From: Candidatus Anoxychlamydiales bacterium
GTDB lineage: Bacteria > Chlamydiota > Chlamydiia > Chlamydiales > SM23-39
NCBI GenBank assembly: GCA_011064745.1
Contig: JAAKFJ010000003.1
Span: 1-35,598 of the forward strand
Direction of reading: 5' to 3'
Length of the DNA: 35,598 bases
This document shows positions 19,101-27,949 of this stretch, in pieces. Below the pieces are notes generated by a model. That model saw only the letters and a list, made by a program, of their open reading frames with translations, was not told where the DNA came from and did not search any database. The translations under genes and the position numbers were made by a program. The stretch's first letter is position 1. Each line of letters starts with the position of its first letter.

Positions 19101-20027
19101 TTATAGGTTTTTGTGTTCATAAAACAGTTTTGCAAAAACACAAGATAGTGCTCTTTCCGCGGCGAGAGTATTTCTGCTATTTATTAAAATAGGCACTTTT
19201 GCCCCTAAAGCAAGTGAACCACATTGAGCTTTTGAAAAAATCTCTAATTGTTTTACTGCGATATTGCCAGCATCGAGATTTGGAAAAACAGCAATATCAA
19301 CATCGCCTGCTATCTCAGAGGGGAAATTTTTAGCCTCTGCAATTTTTTTATCAAAAGCAATATCAAAAGATAATGGTCCTTCAATAATTGCATTTTTAAA
19401 CTCACCCTCTTTTGCCATTTTAACAAGAGCCTCTGCATCCAAAGTTGATACAATCTCTTCTTTTACTTTTTCAAGACAAGATAATAAAGCAATTTTAGGC
19501 TTTTTAATTCCGATAGAATGTGCCACATCAATCGCATTTAAAATTATATCTTTTTTAGTTTTCAAATTCGGCAAGATATTGATGCCCACATCAGTATAGA
19601 TTAAAGGTTTTTTATAAAAAGGCGTATCGCAGATATAGCAATTACTAATTCTTCTATCTCTGATACCACTCTCTTTATTTAAAACAGCGCCGAGTAAAAT
19701 ACTTGTCTCTAATGAACCCTTTAAAATTGCTTTAGCCTCGCCTTGTTTTACAAGCTCAACGGCTTTTTTTGCAGCAGAGGTGCTATTTTCTGTATCAGAA
19801 ATACTGTGTTTAGATAAATCCTTACCTATTTTTTTTGCTATCTCTATCATCTTATTTTTAGGTCCAATAAAGATAGGATCAATAAGGCCTAAATCATAAG
19901 CTAAAAGAGCGCCTTCAATCGCTTGCTCATTTAATGGATAGGCTATTGCTATATTAATTCTTTTGGGAATTTTTAAAGCTTTCTCTAAAAAAAATTTATT
20001 TTTTTCTTGGAATAGATCTTCATTCAT
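19101..20027 (-). CDS. Phosphate butyryl/acetyltransferase (PTA/PTB family, Ptb-like)
   Basis: 'KGSLET', 'INILPNL', 'GPLSFDIA', 'PNLDAGNI..K', 'PILINSR'; 308 aa stand-alone. Confidence 0.88.
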   Translation of the reverse strand: MNEDLFQEKNKFFLEKALKIPKRINIAIAYPLNEQAIEGALLAYDLGLIDPIFIGPKNKMIEIAKKIGKDLSKHSISDTENSTSAAKKAVELVKQGEAKAILKGSLETSILLGAVLNKESGIRDRRISNCYICDTPFYKKPLIYTDVGINILPNLKTKKDIILNAIDVAHSIGIKKPKIALLSCLEKVKEEIVSTLDAEALVKMAKEGEFKNAIIEGPLSFDIAFDKKIAEAKNFPSEIAGDVDIAVFPNLDAGNIAVKQLEIFSKAQCGSLALGAKVPILINSRNTLAAERALSCVFAKLFYEHKNL

Positions 20028-20183
20028 AATTTAAATACCTAAATAATAAAGATTATTTTGTTTTGTCTCTCTTATTGCATTTAAGATAAAAAAAATAAAA
20101 TTGTAAAGAAAATAATAGAGAAGGAAAATCGTTATAATATTTAGAAAAAATTCTCAAATGGTTTAAAAGAAACTCAAATATGT

Positions 20184-22256
20184 CTAAAAAACTATAGCTT
20201 TAGCTTCAAAGCCATCTAATTTTATATTAATTTTAGATGAAAAATATGATTTATCTTCTTTTTTGTTAGTTATTATATTTTTAGCGCTTTTAAATTTAAT
20301 TTCAGAAACATCAAATTTCTCTTGAGCTTTTTTATTTGAAAAATTCATTGCAACTAGTAAATATGATTTATCTTGCAGCTGATACATCGCTAAAAATAAA
20401 GCTGAGTTTTTTACATCTAATATTTTTATTTGCTCTGCTAAATTTATTTTATATTTTTTTCGAGCCTTTAACATATTTTTTATAAAAGATGCATAGGAAT
20501 TAGGATCTTTTAATTGCTCTGGTAAAGAACCGTAAAGAGCTTTAGCTTTTGGTAGTTTTGAAGGACTTGCTTTTTGGTCAGAGGTTCCTAAAAGATCATA
20601 TGCTCCTCTATTTGTCCATCTACAATCCCCCTCTTCTAAAAGCTCTTTTATTTCAGATGCTTTTAAGGGATATGCTCCAACTAAATCCCAGCCAGATATC
20701 ATAAAAATTCCAGGTTGCATTGCATTGTAAAAAGCGAGTAATTGATGAGCTTTTTGTACGAACTTTTTTTGATCTTTTGTCATGTTATAAATATCTTTAT
20801 AACCGAGAGCTAAAGCACATAGCTCTACAAAAGTTGCACAAGGACCATATGATGTTTTTTTAACTACAATTGATAGATCCTTTTTTAATATCGCATCTTT
20901 AATTTCTTTTCCTGTGTATTTTTTTCCTTTATAGTCAAATTCTTCATCTGGATTTTCTTTAAATTCCTCTAACCCATATGATAAAGAATCGTGATTCTGA
21001 AGAGCATGAATAAATCTACTAGGTGGAATTTTTGCTTTATCGAGCAAAGAAATACTAAGTCTTAAAAAATCACTGTCCCCAGATAAAATTGCATGGGTAT
21101 AGCCAGGTCTTGTATTAAAATCATAAGAAAAATCAGCTCCAAATTCCAGCATCGCTTTTATATCTGCAAGAGATTGATGCAATTCTTGATATGTAATGCC
21201 GCCTATACTTTTTGCAAAATTTAATTTTCTTGTCAGCATCGATATTAAATTAGTTGCAACAGTAGAGAGGGGGTGTTCCTGAGAAAAGGCCGTCTCTTTT
21301 CCAGGTACAATTTCAACACCCAAATAACCATTAGCATCTAATCGAATGCCATTATTTTTTAAAACACCTAAAGATTCCATGATATCACCGGCTATTAATC
21401 TATCTGCTGCGAAAGTTGGATCTAACCAGTTAAGTGTTGGCTGGCCTGCATTATAATAGTGTAGATATACCCATCTTCTTGTTTTACCATCTGCTCCTTT
21501 TATTTTTTTTGTTGCACTCCAATTAGTAATTTTTTCGTCACTTGCGGCAAAAACACTTTGCAATTTTCCAACTATGTAGCCTTTTTTATATATCTTATCT
21601 ACCTCATCAAAATTTAAGTTTTTAGCAAATTCTTTTTTCTCAATTTTAGGAAGCAAGTTCCAATCTTTTTCATCTATCTCAACTAAATCATACAGACCTG
21701 GATAATCTTTATAGTTTAGCAGGGCTAGGATAAAATCAGCGCCAAGACCAGTGTGACCGGGTATTAAATCACCGAGAAGAGTGCATTTAAATGAGTGTAT
21801 AGTGTTTGCCATGTCAATATACTGATCTTTTGTTCCAAAGGTTGGATCTATCTTTAAAGAAATCCTATCAAAGCCTCCATCTATAGATGGCGTATGTTTT
21901 CCAGTTATTATTCCTCCGGCTTCCTTCATTGGGCCTGTATGAATACCATCGATTCCAATGTCTGTTAAAACTTTCCAAAGTTCTGGATCTGCCAGTGTTT
22001 CAATAACGGTTTTTCCTTTTTTAACAATTATAGATCTTGCATATGAATCCAACCAAACAGATGTTTTTTCTAATATTTCATTAGGTTTTGGATAGCCATA
22101 TGGATTTTGCCACTGGGCTTTTTTTCCTGAGTAGTTTCTAGCCAGTTTCTCTGAGTTATATAAAATCGAGTCTTTTTCAAGCTCTTCTACATTAAAATCT
22201 TGAAAAGAAAAAGATGCTATAAAAAAATATAGAGCAAATAAAAATGCGTATTTCAT
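20184..22256 (-). CDS. treS: Trehalose synthase / maltose alpha-D-glucosyltransferase (Pseudomonas stutzeri-type TreS, GH13) with signal-peptide-like N-terminus
   Basis: 'GIHTGPMK', 'PSIDGGFDRIS', 'GHTGLGADF', 'RRWVYLHY..GQPTLNWLDPTFA', catalytic 'RLDANG', 'QEL', 'LQNHD'. Confidence 0.85.
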   Translation of the reverse strand: MKYAFLFALYFFIASFSFQDFNVEELEKDSILYNSEKLARNYSGKKAQWQNPYGYPKPNEILEKTSVWLDSYARSIIVKKGKTVIETLADPELWKVLTDIGIDGIHTGPMKEAGGIITGKHTPSIDGGFDRISLKIDPTFGTKDQYIDMANTIHSFKCTLLGDLIPGHTGLGADFILALLNYKDYPGLYDLVEIDEKDWNLLPKIEKKEFAKNLNFDEVDKIYKKGYIVGKLQSVFAASDEKITNWSATKKIKGADGKTRRWVYLHYYNAGQPTLNWLDPTFAADRLIAGDIMESLGVLKNNGIRLDANGYLGVEIVPGKETAFSQEHPLSTVATNLISMLTRKLNFAKSIGGITYQELHQSLADIKAMLEFGADFSYDFNTRPGYTHAILSGDSDFLRLSISLLDKAKIPPSRFIHALQNHDSLSYGLEEFKENPDEEFDYKGKKYTGKEIKDAILKKDLSIVVKKTSYGPCATFVELCALALGYKDIYNMTKDQKKFVQKAHQLLAFYNAMQPGIFMISGWDLVGAYPLKASEIKELLEEGDCRWTNRGAYDLLGTSDQKASPSKLPKAKALYGSLPEQLKDPNSYASFIKNMLKARKKYKINLAEQIKILDVKNSALFLAMYQLQDKSYLLVAMNFSNKKAQEKFDVSEIKFKSAKNIITNKKEDKSYFSSKINIKLDGFEAKAIVF

Positions 22257-22284
22257 TTAAGTTGCCTAATCACTTTTTATTTGC

Positions 22285-22314
22285 AAAGTAGCTCATAATT
22301 AAAGACTTTGTCAA
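22285..22314 (-). promoter_or_regulatory. Putative sigma66 promoter for treS
   Basis: Minus strand TTGACA-N18-TACTTT in the 71-bp intergenic gap. Confidence 0.45.
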
Positions 22315-22327
22315 TAAAAATTTAATA

Positions 22328-25048
22328 TCAAATCTTAAGGCTAACTTGAACGATGTTATCTTTTAGCTTTATAAATGAGAAACCCAAACTTTGGCAGATA
22401 TTTCTCATGTTTTCATTATCTTCAAACATATGAGAGAGAAGATGATCAATATTTTCATCTTTAGCTATTTTTATGATATTTTTTATAAGCTCTTTGCCGA
22501 TTCCCATTTTTTGCCATTTATCTTTAACCAGCAGAGAAAAAACCGCATCTTTGGAATTTACCAGTTTTGTAAATCTTGCTACCGCTAAAAGCTCTAGAGA
22601 CTCATCTTGATTTTTAAATTCAACAACGAGCGTTATTTCTCGATCATAATCTATATAACAAATTCGAATCAGTCTTTCATGCGCAGCTAAATCATCATAA
22701 TGCAAAGTTCTTAGATATTCTTGTTTTAAAGATTTTTCTGAGACACTTTTATAAAAATCTCTAACAAGAGGCTCATCATCAGGAACTATTGGTCGAATTG
22801 TTAGATCAATTTTATCATTTAACTTCCAATCAATCACATAATGAGTGGGATAAGCTCTTATAGCTAACTTTGGATACGAAACATCTTTTTCATATAAAAC
22901 AATTCTTGCATCTAACGCTATAATTTGATCACTTTTAGCTAAAAGAGGATTAATATCACACTCTTTGATTTCTGGAAATTGCGCAATTAAATTGCTAAAA
23001 TTAACCACTATTTTTTCAAGTTCATCTAAATTTATAGCTTTTTGACCTCTAAAGCCTTTTAAAGCTTTATAAATTTTTGTTCTCTCTATCAACCTTTTAG
23101 CTAAAGTGCTTGTAAGAGGTGGAATCGCGATAGCTTTATCTTTAAAAACTTCTACCAATTGCCCACCCGTTCCAAAAAGCATAATGGGGCCAAATTTTGC
23201 ATCTTCAGAGCTGCCTAATATTAGCTCATAACCATCTGCTTTGATCATCTTTTGAACTGTTACTCCATCAAAATCGTTTTCCCTGCCATGTTTTTTTAAA
23301 GACTCTTTTATCGCATCAAAAGCTTCAATTACTTCATCATCATTGTACAGATTGAGTTTCACGCCCCCAACATCTGTTTTATGCGTGATTTGATTAGAAA
23401 AAAGCTTTATTACCACGGGATAGCCAATTTTTTGAGCGTATGAAATAGCCTCGTTTTTATCCTTAGCGATATGGGTATCTACAATAGGAATTTCAAAAGC
23501 TTTTAGAACTTTTTTTGATTCAAATTCATTTAAAATAGTTCTATTTTCATCTCTTGCTTTTTTAATGATATCTGAGACGATTTTTTGTCTTTTTTGAATT
23601 TTTTCTTCAGTTTCAATTTCACTTTTCATTGTTGCAGTTTCATAGATCCCCGTTAAATTATAGTCATAGGCATGCATATAAGCAAAAGCCTTGCAAGCGA
23701 CATCGGGATATCTAAAACAAGGGATATCAGCATCTGTTAAAACTTTCATACCTTCTGCTACTGAAGAGGCTCCCATCCAGGCTCCAAAAATTGGTTTTCC
23801 AATGTCTTTAAATTCTTTAAGTTTATTTGCCACCGCTGTTGGTTCTGTCATAAATTGAGGCGTTAATATAACTAAAATCCCATCAACATTAGGATCATCT
23901 TTTATAATATCTACTGTCTTATAATATAAATCAGGCGAAGCATCTCCCAAAATATCGATAGGATTATTATGAGACCAGGCTTTTGGTAAAAATTGATTTA
24001 AAGCATCAAAAGTCTTATCAGATAATGTTGCTAATTTTGCTCCATTTATTATTAAACTATCAGTTGCAATAACAGCTGGCCCACCAGCATTTGTAACAAT
24101 CGCTAAATTAGGACCTCTTGCAATTGGCTGTTTAGAAAAGATCTCAGCCATACTAAAAAGATCTTCAATACTATCAACTCTTAAAACTCCTACCCGTTTC
24201 AATGCCGCATTAAAAACCTCAGAGCTGCCAACAAGCGCTCCAGTATGGGATTTGGCAGCTTTAGCCGACTCTTTCGTTTTTCCAGCCTTTATCAAAATAA
24301 TTGGTTTGGTTAAGGCAACTTCTCTTGCTGCCGATAAAAAAGATCTAGCATCTGAAATATTTTCCATATAAATCAAAATGCTGCGGGTATTGGGATCATT
24401 CCCAAAGTAATTAATCAAATCACCCCAATCAACATCGATCATGGAGCCTATCGACACAAAAGCGCTAAAACCAATATTTTCTTTCAAGCTCCAATCCAAA
24501 ACAGCAGTCCCCAAAGCACCAGACTGACTAATAAAGGCAATATTACCTTTTTTAGCCATATCAGCGGCAAAAGTAGCATTGAGATTAATACTTGGATTTT
24601 GGATCCCTAAACAATTAGGACCAATAATTCTGATTTTTTTTTTATTGGCTTTTATTTCATCTTCTAGTTTTTGGCCACTTGCTCCTAGTTCTTTAAATCC
24701 AGCAGATACAATTATAGCCCCATAAACATTTGCTTCTTCACACTCTTTTATAATGTTTGGAACTGTAACAGAAGGAGTCGCGATAATCACAAGATCAACT
24801 CTTTTAGGAATATCTTTTATGCTCTTATATGATTTGTGGCCTAAAACACTATCTCTTTTAGGATTAACAGCAAAAATTTCTCTTGCATCAGAGGTCTCAA
24901 GCAGATTTTCAAACAGAGCTTTTCCAACACTATTGGGTTTCTCTGTCGCTCCAATCACAGCTACAGTTTTGGGATTAAAAATATAATCTAAGTTGTTTTG
25001 CTCTTTATATAAAATATTTAAAGAGCGATCGAATTTATACTCTTCCAT
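22328..25048 (-). CDS. NDP-forming acyl-CoA synthetase family / C-terminal GNAT fusion (Pat/PatZ-like)
   Basis: CoA-binding '[13 protein letters not shown]', 'IIGPNCLG', 'SQSGA', 'SHTGAL', 'TNAGG', 'NPIDILGDA', ATP-grasp 'HKTDVGGV', GNAT '[10 protein letters not shown]'. Confidence 0.9.
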   Translation of the reverse strand: MEEYKFDRSLNILYKEQNNLDYIFNPKTVAVIGATEKPNSVGKALFENLLETSDAREIFAVNPKRDSVLGHKSYKSIKDIPKRVDLVIIATPSVTVPNIIKECEEANVYGAIIVSAGFKELGASGQKLEDEIKANKKKIRIIGPNCLGIQNPSINLNATFAADMAKKGNIAFISQSGALGTAVLDWSLKENIGFSAFVSIGSMIDVDWGDLINYFGNDPNTRSILIYMENISDARSFLSAAREVALTKPIILIKAGKTKESAKAAKSHTGALVGSSEVFNAALKRVGVLRVDSIEDLFSMAEIFSKQPIARGPNLAIVTNAGGPAVIATDSLIINGAKLATLSDKTFDALNQFLPKAWSHNNPIDILGDASPDLYYKTVDIIKDDPNVDGILVILTPQFMTEPTAVANKLKEFKDIGKPIFGAWMGASSVAEGMKVLTDADIPCFRYPDVACKAFAYMHAYDYNLTGIYETATMKSEIETEEKIQKRQKIVSDIIKKARDENRTILNEFESKKVLKAFEIPIVDTHIAKDKNEAISYAQKIGYPVVIKLFSNQITHKTDVGGVKLNLYNDDEVIEAFDAIKESLKKHGRENDFDGVTVQKMIKADGYELILGSSEDAKFGPIMLFGTGGQLVEVFKDKAIAIPPLTSTLAKRLIERTKIYKALKGFRGQKAINLDELEKIVVNFSNLIAQFPEIKECDINPLLAKSDQIIALDARIVLYEKDVSYPKLAIRAYPTHYVIDWKLNDKIDLTIRPIVPDDEPLVRDFYKSVSEKSLKQEYLRTLHYDDLAAHERLIRICYIDYDREITLVVEFKNQDESLELLAVARFTKLVNSKDAVFSLLVKDKWQKMGIGKELIKNIIKIAKDENIDHLLSHMFEDNENMRNICQSLGFSFIKLKDNIVQVSLKI

Positions 25049-25127
25049 TTTCCTTGCCTTCTATTATTTTGATATATAACAAGGCCAGGTGAATGTAAAC
25101 AGTTTTTGATGATTTATTTGATAAGGC

Positions 25128-25772
25128 TTAAATATCATAATTGGCCGATCTCAAAGCTTCATCTATCTCATCTTTTGAAATTTTTCCTTCTCTGAGGATT
25201 TTATACGGATAATGTTCAAGTGAGATGATTGTTGAGGGAATCTTGATCGGACAGATGCCGGTATCCATAATTATCTCAATCTTGCCCGAAAAAGTTTTTA
25301 TCACCTCTTTCGCTGAAATTGGATTTTTAGCACCTGATAGATTTGCTGAAGTTCCAACTATTGGATCGCCAAGATAATTGATTAATTTTAGTGTATACAA
25401 AGATGCTGGCATCCTAACAGCCAGAGTTGATCCTATCGATATCTTTGATAAAACAGACTCTCTTTTCTTTAAAATAATTGTTAAAGGTCCCGGAAAAAAC
25501 TTTTTAGCTAAGATATAAAAAATTTGAGGAATATCTTTAGCTACTTTTTGTGCATCCTCAATTTTGCCCAAATGAACTATTAACCCTTTGTCTTTTGGTC
25601 GATTTTTAAGGGCATATATTTTATCGATAGCTTCTTCTTTAAATACATGAGCGCCAAGGCCATAGACAGTCTCTGTCGGGAAAGCTATTACTTTAGATTC
25701 AGCTAAGAGATCTGCTATTTTTTTTAAAGCTTCATCTCTCAGATCTTTTTTTGAAAAAATTTGAGTATGCAT
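25128..25772 (-). CDS. tsaC: L-threonylcarbamoyladenylate synthase (TsaC/Sua5/YrdC)
   Basis: 'AFPTETVYGLG', 'KNRP', 'PGPLT', 'TSANLSG', 'PSTII'. Confidence 0.93.
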   Translation of the reverse strand: MHTQIFSKKDLRDEALKKIADLLAESKVIAFPTETVYGLGAHVFKEEAIDKIYALKNRPKDKGLIVHLGKIEDAQKVAKDIPQIFYILAKKFFPGPLTIILKKRESVLSKISIGSTLAVRMPASLYTLKLINYLGDPIVGTSANLSGAKNPISAKEVIKTFSGKIEIIMDTGICPIKIPSTIISLEHYPYKILREGKISKDEIDEALRSANYDI

Positions 25773-25911
25773 ATATCTTTTTTAGCTCACATTTTAATAT
25801 TTTAGCCACATTTTTATCGACCCATTAATTTGATTATCTAAAAATGATTGTTGAGAAAAAATTTGAAATAGTCTATCTCATCTTAATAAGGTTTTAAATA
25901 AATGAGCACTT

Positions 25912-26415
25912 GTGCAGACAAATCTAAATTATAATTTTTTTAAAAGAAGCTTTTTAGAAAATCTACTCAGTTTTTTTGTTTTTGCAAGTATATCTTTCTC
26001 TCTTGAATCTTTCATCATTTGGATATTTTCTAAAACCGAAAATTTAATGCATCGCAAATGGATAATATCTAAACCCTATCTAGCTTTTTATGCTCTATAC
26101 TTTTTTACTCTCGCTTTTACTCTTTGGTCTTTTTGGAAAAAATATTCTTCCAGAATACTTAGATTAGCAACTGCTTTTTTCTCCATCATTTCTCTTTTAT
26201 CTATACTTTGGAACTACACTTTTTTAATTAAACATGACTATTTCATCAGCCAAACTGCAAGCTTATTCATCTTTTTTTCTTCCATAATTTTAAATATCTT
26301 GGCCTGGAAAAAAGATATAATATCTGCAATTACCTACTCATTCTCGGCCCTCTTATTTATTTGTTTGGAACATGTCAATTTCTATCACAAGGTATTAAAG
26401 GAGAAAGTTTTATGA
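25912..26415 (+). CDS. Membrane protein, possibly a divergent TspO/MBR family member
   Basis: About 5 hydrophobic segments in 167 aa, Trp-rich; 'LSILWNYTF' resembles TspO 'LNxxWxxxFF'; GTG start. Confidence 0.5.
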   Translation: MQTNLNYNFFKRSFLENLLSFFVFASISFSLESFIIWIFSKTENLMHRKWIISKPYLAFYALYFFTLAFTLWSFWKKYSSRILRLATAFFSIISLLSILWNYTFLIKHDYFISQTASLFIFFSSIILNILAWKKDIISAITYSFSALLFICLEHVNFYHKVLKEKVL

Positions 26416-26738
26416 AAACAACTGCCTATGTTTCTTTGATTTATGGCCTAATTATTATCTTAAGTGGAATTATGGCTTTTAGATTTGCGAACTCTATGGC
26501 GTCTCTTTTCATCGAGGTTCTAGCAGGGATAATAATCCTTGCAAATGTCTTTTTTATGATGCAAGAGAGGAAGTTTTCATTCTATCTTCTTTTTGTTATA
26601 TCTTTTTTACTTGCAATATTTTATGGATATAATTTTTCTCAAACCCAGCACTTCTTCGCAGGCATTTTAACCGCTGTTAGTTTCTTTATTTTTATAATGG
26701 AACTTTTAAAAATATTTAAGGTTTTTGGAGCTGAATAA
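26412..26738 (+). CDS. TMEM14-family small membrane protein
   Basis: Start MKTTAY with ATGA overlap and GGAG RBS; 'IYGLIIILSGIMAFRFANSMASL' matches the TMEM14 YG..GGxxGY..S..SL pattern. Confidence 0.65.
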   Translation: MKTTAYVSLIYGLIIILSGIMAFRFANSMASLFIEVLAGIIILANVFFMMQERKFSFYLLFVISFLLAIFYGYNFSQTQHFFAGILTAVSFFIFIMELLKIFKVFGAE

Positions 26739-26742
26739 AAAA

Positions 26743-26777
26743 ATCGAGCTCGACCTAGCGGTCTTACTCGACTTTTC
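26743..26777. terminator. Imperfect hairpin between convergent genes (possible bidirectional terminator)
   Basis: TCGAG..GACC-TAGC-GGTC..CTCGA, A-run before and TTTT after. Confidence 0.45.
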
Positions 26778-26802
26778 ATTTAAGAACTTAAAAAATAAAG
26801 AC

Positions 26803-27012
26803 TTAAGCTTTAGCTTTTCTTTTTTTTCTTCTTTTTGTAGCTTTTTTAGCAGGAGCTTTTGTAGCTTTTCTTTTTGTAGTTTTTCTTTTTGTAGCTGTTT
26901 TTTTTGTAGCTTTTTTAGCTTTTCTTTTTGTAGTTTTTCTTTTAGCTGGTTTTTTTGTTGCTACTTTTCTTTTAGCTGGTTTTTTTGCTTTTTTGCTTTT
27001 TCTCTTTAACAT
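26803..27012 (-). CDS. Histone H1-like Lys/Arg-rich nucleoid protein (Hc2/HctB-like)
   Basis: 69 aa almost only K/R/A/T/P with short repeats (KKPAK, KRKTT, KKAT); GGAGG RBS before ATG 27012. Confidence 0.8.
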   Translation of the reverse strand: MLKRKSKKAKKPAKRKVATKKPAKRKTTKRKAKKATKKTATKRKTTKRKATKAPAKKATKRRKKRKAKA

Positions 27013-27364
27013 AGTTTCCTCCATGTATATTTTATATAAAAGTAATTTGTAGGCAAAACCCTTTTTACTTCTTATATCTTTAATATAATAAATTATATAA
27101 ATAAAAACAAATTTCTTTATTAAATTTAATTAATTTAAATAACTATAAAATTGCAAAATCATCTTTAAAAACAATTCTGAAAGGGTTTTTTAAACTAAAA
27201 AAAAACTAAAAAAAAAATACATTACATAATTTTTTTTGTTTATTTTTATTAAATTATCTAAATTTATAGCAATAATTTAGTAATTTTCGAACTAAAACTA
27301 CTCTTTTCACCTACTATTAGTAGTTTTATGTTATAAGAAATTAAAAATGAAAACCTTAGAATAG

Positions 27365-27405
27365 AAAAAGGGTTCTTTAAAACCTTAACTGACTTTAAAG
27401 AACCC
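27365..27405 (-). terminator. Rho-independent terminator after the DUF378 gene
   Basis: 12-bp perfect arms GGGTTCTTTAAA / TTTAAAGAACCC followed by T5 on minus strand. Confidence 0.8.
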
Positions 27406-27419
27406 AAATGGATAAATTA

Positions 27420-27623
27420 TTATTTTCTTTTGTGACAACAAAAACGTTTCCATGTACATAATACATATATTCCGCTGATACCTACTAAAAAGTAAATAAC
27501 TTTGTCAATCCAAATAGTTCCGAAAATATAATCTATGATGTTGAAATCTACAACACCCCAAAAACCCCAGTTAATTCCACCAATTACTAGTAAAATTAAT
27601 GCAAGCATATCTATTTTCTTCAT
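27420..27623 (-). CDS. DUF378 family small membrane protein
   Basis: 'ALILLVIGGINWG..FNIIDYIFG..IYFLVGISG'; AAGGAAGGA RBS. Confidence 0.85.
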   Translation of the reverse strand: MKKIDMLALILLVIGGINWGFWGVVDFNIIDYIFGTIWIDKVIYFLVGISGIYVLCTWKRFCCHKRK

Positions 27624-27949
27624 AGTTTATTCCTTCCTTAAAAATTAGAAGTTCCTCACTCTTTACTAATTCTCAAAATCCAATTTATTAATCAAGTGTT
27701 ATTTTTAATAAAATTTTAAATAATATTGATAATCAACCACTTAGTTGCTTTTAAAAAATTATTAATTCTCAATATTATTTAATAAAATCAATAATTTTAA
27801 CAATTACCTAATTTCAAAATATTTGGGTTTTTAAGCCCAAAAGGGGTAATTTTTAAAGATTAAAATGCTTGGATTTTCGAAAAAAGATTTAACATAAACC
27901 ATCAGATTTGTTAGGTTTTTGATCTGTTTTTTAATTTATAGGTTTAAAA

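Noticed and set aside
26725-27009. Plus-strand Phe/Ser/Cys-rich 94-aa ORF
   Set aside because: Antisense shadow of the Lys-rich histone-like gene, which has a GGAGG RBS
27013-27360. Sigma28 promoter or ncRNA upstream of the histone-like gene
   Set aside because: TAAAGATA is present but no correctly spaced CGA -10 element or stable structure was seen
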